The notes under the pieces were generated by a model. It had not been told where the DNA came from. It ran no database searches and worked only from the letters and a program-made list of their open reading frames with translations. Both the position numbers and the translations under genes were made by a program. Of a stretch of 64,000 bases of DNA, positions 58,993 through 64,000 are shown piece after piece; within the stretch, counting starts at the first letter, position 1, and each line of letters opens with the position of its first letter. This stretch comes from Nitrosopumilus sp. (GTDB taxonomy: Archaea > Thermoproteota > Nitrososphaeria > Nitrososphaerales > Nitrosopumilaceae). The stretch lies in the NCBI GenBank assembly GCA_963662625.1, contig OY759726.1:608001-672000 (forward strand), read 5' to 3'.

Positions 58993-59796
58993 TTATAATC
59001 TTACGGGGACGCCCAGCTCCCGGAGCCTCCGCTTCACCCCGTTGACGCCGCGGGCCTCGTAGTGGAATATGGACGCCGCCAGCGCCGCGTCGGCGTTTGC
59101 CCGGGAGAGGACGTCGGCCATGTCGTCTGGGCTCCCGCAGCCGCCGGAGGCGACGACCGGGACGGAGACCGACGCCGCCGCCTCCCCGGTGAGCAGCGTG
59201 TCGTAGCCGTCCTTCGTGCCGTCCCTGTCGATGCTGGTAAGCAGTATCTCGCCGGCCCCGAGCGCCTCTGCCCTCCTGGCCCACCCCATGGCGTCGATGC
59301 CGGTCCCCCGCTTGCCCCCGTACGTGAAGACCTCGTACCAGAACCCCCTGCCGCCCTCGCGGAACACGCTGCCCCCCCGGCCTACGTCGTAGTTGCGCTT
59401 TGCGTCTATGGCAACCACGACGCACTGCCTGCCGAACAGCTCCGCCAGCCTGCCGACCAGGCCCGGGTCCCCCACGGCGCCCGTGTTTACCCCCACCTTG
59501 TCGGCGCCGTTGAGCAGTATGTTCCGCGCGTCGTCAACCGAGTTGACGCCGCCGCCCACGGTGAACGGGATGTCGATCACCCGCGCCACGTCCCGGACCA
59601 TGCCGGCGATCGCCCGCCGCCGCTCCTCCGACGCGGTGATGTCCAGGAAGACAAGCTCGTCGGCCCCCTCGCTGCTGTACCTCGCCGCAAGCTCCACGGG
59701 GTCGCCGGCGTCCCTCATGGACCCGAATTGCAGCCCCTTCACCACCCTGCCGTCCCTCACGTCGAGGCACGGTATGACCCTCTTGGTGAGCGTCAT
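58993..59796 (-). CDS. hisF: Imidazole glycerol phosphate synthase, cyclase subunit
   Basis: [35 protein letters not shown]; true start at 59796. Confidence 0.96.
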   Translation of the reverse strand: MTLTKRVIPCLDVRDGRVVKGLQFGSMRDAGDPVELAARYSSEGADELVFLDITASEERRRAIAGMVRDVARVIDIPFTVGGGVNSVDDARNILLNGADKVGVNTGAVGDPGLVGRLAELFGRQCVVVAIDAKRNYDVGRGGSVFREGGRGFWYEVFTYGGKRGTGIDAMGWARRAEALGAGEILLTSIDRDGTKDGYDTLLTGEAAASVSVPVVASGGCGSPDDMADVLSRANADAALAASIFHYEARGVNGVKRRLRELGVPVRL

Positions 59797-60500
59797 GCCA
59801 GGGCCTTTGCCTCCCTGATGCCCAGCTTCCCCTCGTAGAGCGCCCTGCCCAGGATCACGCCCGACGCGCCGCGCTCCCGGACCCTGCGCACGTCGTCCGG
59901 GCCAGATATCCCGCCGCTTGCGATCACGCTGGCTCCCCGGACGCCGCACGCCCGACCCAGAAAGTCCAGGTCCGGCCCCCGCATCGTCCCGTCCCTGCCC
60001 ACGTCGGTCAGGAGGAACTCGGTGAACCCGGCCGAGGCGAGTCCCCCCATGGCCTCGAGCAGCCCGACCCCGGCGCGCTCCCTCCACCCGCGGACGACGA
60101 CCTCCCCGCCGGCGTGGTCCACCGACACGACGACCCGCCCCATGCCGATCCGGGAGGAGGCCCTCTCGAGCGCCGGCCTGTCCTCGAACGCCATGGTCCC
60201 CACGACGATCCTGGCCGCGAGCGCCGCCGCCTCCTCGGCGGCCCCCTCGCTCCTCAGCCCCCCAGCTATCTCCACAGGTATGGACGCCTTCCCGGCGATC
60301 TCCCCCACCACGCCGCGGTTGGAGCCGCTGCCCAGCGCCGCGTCGAGGTCCACCAGGTGCAGCATGTCGGCGCCCTCCCGCTCCCACTCCCGGGCCACGG
60401 CGACCGGGTCGTCAGAGTACGCCGTCCTCTGCCGCGGGTCCCCCCTGTACAGCCGGACCACCCGGCCCCCCATCAGGTCGATTGCCGGGATCACCCTCAC
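59793..60500 (-). CDS. hisA: ProFAR isomerase
   Basis: VIPAIDL..GRVVRL, HLVDLD, GGLR, DGT..GPD, ASGG. Confidence 0.95.
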   Translation of the reverse strand: MRVIPAIDLMGGRVVRLYRGDPRQRTAYSDDPVAVAREWEREGADMLHLVDLDAALGSGSNRGVVGEIAGKASIPVEIAGGLRSEGAAEEAAALAARIVVGTMAFEDRPALERASSRIGMGRVVVSVDHAGGEVVVRGWRERAGVGLLEAMGGLASAGFTEFLLTDVGRDGTMRGPDLDFLGRACGVRGASVIASGGISGPDDVRRVRERGASGVILGRALYEGKLGIREAKALA

Positions 60501-61105
60501 TTTCTGCACTCCCGGATGAAGTTGCGTATGATCGTGGCGCCGGCGCCGCCGGACTTTTCGGGGTGGAACTGCGTCCCGAAAAAGTTCCCGCTCTCGACCA
60601 CCGCGGGGATCATGTCCCCGTAGTCCGACTCTGCGGTGACTATGCCGCCGCTGGCCGGCGCCGCCCTGTACGAGTGCACAAAGTACGCCCAGGAGCCGTC
60701 GGGCACCCCCTCGAGGAGCCTCCCGGGCCTCCTGATCGCCAGGTCGTTCCATCCCATGTGCGGGATCTTCATCGACCGGGGCAGCGACACCACCTCGCCC
60801 CCCATCACCCCGAGGCCCTCCTCGTCCCCCTCCTGGCTCCTCTCGAAGAACATCTCCATCCCGAGGCATATCCCCAGCACCGGGGTGGACCCCCCGGCGT
60901 ACTCCAGGAGGCCGGCCCCGGGGGCCCCGGCCACCCTCCTGATCGCGGGATCAAAGCTTCCCACCCCGGGCAGCAGCAGGCCGTCAAACGCGTTAGGCCC
61001 CGCGAACTCCGTGATGACCCGCACGTCGGCCCCCTCCCGCTCCAGGGAGTTCCTCAGGCTGAAGATGTTCCCCGCGCCGTAGTCAAATATCGCCAGGCTG
61101 GTCAT
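60497..61105 (-). CDS. hisH: Imidazole glycerol phosphate synthase, glutaminase subunit
   Basis: DYGAGN, PGVG, GICLG, QFHPEKS. Confidence 0.96.
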   Translation of the reverse strand: MTSLAIFDYGAGNIFSLRNSLEREGADVRVITEFAGPNAFDGLLLPGVGSFDPAIRRVAGAPGAGLLEYAGGSTPVLGICLGMEMFFERSQEGDEEGLGVMGGEVVSLPRSMKIPHMGWNDLAIRRPGRLLEGVPDGSWAYFVHSYRAAPASGGIVTAESDYGDMIPAVVESGNFFGTQFHPEKSGGAGATIIRNFIRECRK

Positions 61106-61702
61106 CTACATCGAGCCCTTCGTGCTCGGGGGGCCCTCCTGCCGCGCGTCCGGCGACGACGCGGCCCTGAACGCCACCGCCAGCGCCTTGATGGCGGCCT
61201 CCACCATGTGGTGGTGGTTCTGCCCGTACCTCACCTCCAGGTGGACGCAGCAGTTGAGGTTCTGCAGCAGCGACTGGAAGAAGTGCCCGAGGTCCTCCCC
61301 CGAGACGCCCTCTATCCTGCCCCGCCCCAGTTCCATGCCGAGCTTCCAGTACGGCCGCCTTACCAGGTCCACCGTGGCCTCGGCAAGCGACTCGTCCATC
61401 GGCACCGACGCGTGGCCGAACCTGGCTATGCCGTCCCTGCCGCCCAGCGCCCCGTCCACCGCCGCCCCGATGGCGATCGCCGTGTCCTCGACGAGGTGGT
61501 GCTCGATCCCGTCAAGCGACCTGGCGGAGACCTCCAGGTCCGCCATGGCGTGCTTGCCGAACGCGGCCACCAGGTGGTCCAGGAAGCTTATCCCGGTGTC
61601 CGCCCCGGTCCTTCCCGTCCCGTCTATGTCGACCGACACCGACACGGCGGTCTCCTTGGTCTCCCTCTTGATGGTCGCCTTTCTCCCCCTCATCTTGCCC
61701 AC
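61106..61702 (-). CDS. hisB: Imidazoleglycerol-phosphate dehydratase
   Basis: RETKET, HHLVED, PMDE, NHHHMVE, PSTKG. Confidence 0.96.
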   Translation of the reverse strand: MGKMRGRKATIKRETKETAVSVSVDIDGTGRTGADTGISFLDHLVAAFGKHAMADLEVSARSLDGIEHHLVEDTAIAIGAAVDGALGGRDGIARFGHASVPMDESLAEATVDLVRRPYWKLGMELGRGRIEGVSGEDLGHFFQSLLQNLNCCVHLEVRYGQNHHHMVEAAIKALAVAFRAASSPDARQEGPPSTKGSM

Positions 61703-61720
61703 ACGGGTGTTACGGTTACG

Positions 61721-62689
61721 CTACTCTAAATTTAATGCCTTCGGAAGCAGGTTTACCGACGCCAGGGCCATCCGGGCCCCCCCGCGCCTGAACATCTCCA
61801 GCTTCTCCCCCGGGCTGCTGCTGGTCCCCGTGATCCCGCAGAATGCCGCGTCGGCCCCCAGCCTGGCGGCCTCCCCGGCCATGAGGAGGTCCTCCATCGA
61901 GTCCCCCACGTACAGGCAGCGGGACGAGCCCATGCCCCTCATGGAGCGGATCAGCGGCTCGGGGTTGGGCTTTGCCATCTCCCTCGGCTCGTCCTCGAGG
62001 AAGAAGGAGTTCTCCAGGTCGAACCAGTCTAGCAGCCCCCCCAGGGAGTGCCTGGCCGACTCCCTGCCGCGCCCCGTGACCAGCGCTACGTTCGTCCCGA
62101 ACCTGCCCCGGAGGGAGTCGAGCAGCCCCCCGCCTGCCAGGACCACGTCGTTTTCGATCAGCCCCGGCCCCGGGAACTCGGAGTCGCGGCCGTACAGCCT
62201 GCGGTACAGCCGCTGGCCGTAGAACATCTGGTCGAACGTCCTGCGCAGCGGGCTTTCTGCGCCCGTCCCGGGATATGCCATCCCGTCGGCGACGTCGGCG
62301 ACGTCGGCGAGCCCCCGGACGTACGCCTCCGCCGAGGCGATCCCCGTGGAGTCGCAGTGGGCGATCACGTCGAGCACGAACCGCCGCTGGTCCCTGCCCA
62401 GCCGCCTCGCCGCCGCTATGGAGAGCACCGCGGCGTACGCCAGGTCGACCTCGTCGTTGAACCCGCCGGTGGACTTGAACCCCTCGATCACCGCCTGGTC
62501 CACCGGCATGCCGTCGGCTATCCCCGCGTGCCTCTCCAGCGCGTGCCGCACCGTGCCGCGTATCGCGGCGCCGTATGAGCGCGCCACGTCGACCAGCACC
62601 CCGTCGCAGTCGAATACCACAGAGTCCACGTCCGGCGCCGCGGGGGGATCCCCGAGGTACACCATCTCGTCCACGTCGGCGGCGGTCAT
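61721..62689 (-). CDS. HAD-family hydrolase (candidate histidinol-phosphatase)
   Basis: FDCDGVL, KPNP, VGDS..D; located inside the his operon. Confidence 0.85.
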   Translation of the reverse strand: MTAADVDEMVYLGDPPAAPDVDSVVFDCDGVLVDVARSYGAAIRGTVRHALERHAGIADGMPVDQAVIEGFKSTGGFNDEVDLAYAAVLSIAAARRLGRDQRRFVLDVIAHCDSTGIASAEAYVRGLADVADVADGMAYPGTGAESPLRRTFDQMFYGQRLYRRLYGRDSEFPGPGLIENDVVLAGGGLLDSLRGRFGTNVALVTGRGRESARHSLGGLLDWFDLENSFFLEDEPREMAKPNPEPLIRSMRGMGSSRCLYVGDSMEDLLMAGEAARLGADAAFCGITGTSSSPGEKLEMFRRGGARMALASVNLLPKALNLE

Positions 62690-63756
62690 CGCAGCAGGTC
62701 ACGTATCGCTAGCAGGAACCTGGAGTTCATCTCCCTGGTGCCGACCGTCACCCGGAGGCACCCCTCGTGGGAGCCGATCCGCCCCAGCTGCCGGATCGAG
62801 ATCCCCTGCTCGGCCAGCGCCGCCGAGACGCGCCTGTGGGCGCCGCGCGCGTCGAAAAGCACGAAGTTGGCCTTGGAGTCGAACACGTCGAACGCGTCGT
62901 GCTGGCGCAGCCCCTCGATGATCCGCGCCCGCTCCGACCTTACGGCGGCCGCGGCCTCGAGCATCTGCCGGGGCCTCTCGAGCGCCAGGATGCCCGACTC
63001 GATGGCGATGGTGCTCAGCGGGTACGGGTACTGGAGCACCCTGTTGAAGGCGTCGGCAAACCGCCTGCCCGAGATAAAGTACCCCAGCCTGAGCCCCGCC
63101 AGGCCGAACGCCTTGGAGAGCGTCCGCACCACGACCAGGTTGTCCATGGACCTCGCCATGCCCGACACCGTATGGTCGCCGAACTGCCCGTACGCCTCGT
63201 CGATTATGACCAGCCCGTCAAACGACCTCACGAGCTTGCGCAGGGACGCCCTGGGGAACTGGAACCCCGTGGGGTTGTTCGGGGAGTCCAGGTACAGTAT
63301 GTCGGCGCCGGCAGACGCCTCCAGGAACTCCCCGACGTCCAGCCTCATGTCCTCGGAGAACGGGATACCGGTCACCGGGACCGAGTACAGCCTGCACCGC
63401 TCCTCGAAGAACCCGAAGGTGGGATCCGACGTCAGGACCCTGGTCCGCCTCGACGCGAAGTTTGCCAGCACCAGGTCCAGTATCTGGTCCGACCCGTTGC
63501 CCACGCCGACCATGCCGGGCGGGACCCCGGCGAACTTCGAGATCGCGCGGATCAGCCGCTCCGTGCCGCCCAGCGGGTACTGCCGCACGTCGGAGCCCCG
63601 CCTCGCCGCCGAGATTATCTCCTGCTGGAACTGCCTGGGGACGGCGTAGTTCTCGTTGGAGTCAAGCCTCAGCGAGTCCCGCGGGGGCTCGGGCTTTTGG
63701 TACCCGGCGGCGGAGGCGTAGGCGTCCACCTTCCTCCCGAACCAGCCGGCCCTCAC
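62686..63756 (-). CDS. hisC: Histidinol-phosphate aminotransferase
   Basis: LDSNEN, GNGSD, PNNPTG, DEAY, RTLSKAFGLAGLRLG. Confidence 0.95.
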   Translation of the reverse strand: MRAGWFGRKVDAYASAAGYQKPEPPRDSLRLDSNENYAVPRQFQQEIISAARRGSDVRQYPLGGTERLIRAISKFAGVPPGMVGVGNGSDQILDLVLANFASRRTRVLTSDPTFGFFEERCRLYSVPVTGIPFSEDMRLDVGEFLEASAGADILYLDSPNNPTGFQFPRASLRKLVRSFDGLVIIDEAYGQFGDHTVSGMARSMDNLVVVRTLSKAFGLAGLRLGYFISGRRFADAFNRVLQYPYPLSTIAIESGILALERPRQMLEAAAAVRSERARIIEGLRQHDAFDVFDSKANFVLFDARGAHRRVSAALAEQGISIRQLGRIGSHEGCLRVTVGTREMNSRFLLAIRDLLR

Positions 63757-64000
63757 CGCAGCCTCCCCCGTACGGCCTCGTAGTGGTTCGGGAGCCCCTC
63801 GGCGCGCGCCAGCGCCCGCAGGGGCCCCGAGATCCTCGCCAGCGCCGCCCTGGAGGCGGTGACCTCGGTGCCCAGCTTGAGGAAGTCCAGCACGGAGAGC
63901 GACCCGCGCGCGGCGCCCGAGCCGTTGGTGGGCAGGACGTGGTTGGAGCCCAGGAGGTAGTCGCTTGCGGACGACGGGGTGTGGCCCCCCAGCAGCACCA
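63753..64000 (-). CDS. hisD: Histidinol dehydrogenase, C-terminal part
   Basis: DYLLGSNHVLPT, LSVLDF, EGLPNH. Confidence 0.93.
   Translation of the reverse strand, partial: VLLGGHTPSSASDYLLGSNHVLPTNGSGAARGSLSVLDFLKLGTEVTASRAALARISGPLRALARAEGLPNHYEAVRGRLR

Overview
A high-GC ammonia-oxidising archaeon (Nitrosopumilaceae/Cenarchaeum-like). The taxon rests on the 4-hydroxybutyryl-CoA dehydratase/synthetase pair of the 3HP/4HB cycle, TATA promoters and a BHB tRNA intron; a host-associated lifestyle is only inferred. Core genes are trxA, Sec11, abfD, rnhA, two radical SAM enzymes, a Liv-type ABC transporter, PGI/PMI, a ThiS-ThiF fusion, thrC and the his operon. They alternate with AT-richer islands and decayed IS66, ISH3, IS481 and IS630 elements. 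Best candidate for an undescribed system: a three-gene island (1879-6140) with an HTH-nucleotidyltransferase fusion, a TRAFAC GTPase and a GAP1-N2-like protein. Other highlights: an intron-containing tRNA with a long variable arm but a GAA anticodon; two tandem ~2,400-aa proteins with a substrate-binding domain on an Ig-like stalk that share a ~350-bp near-identical tract; a 311-bp inversion splicing two IS630 relics; consistent AT->GC decay of pseudogenes; a 31x18-bp VNTR in Sec11; and a stop-interrupted gene with an uS10-like N-terminus. All family calls are by-eye motif recognition, not database searches.
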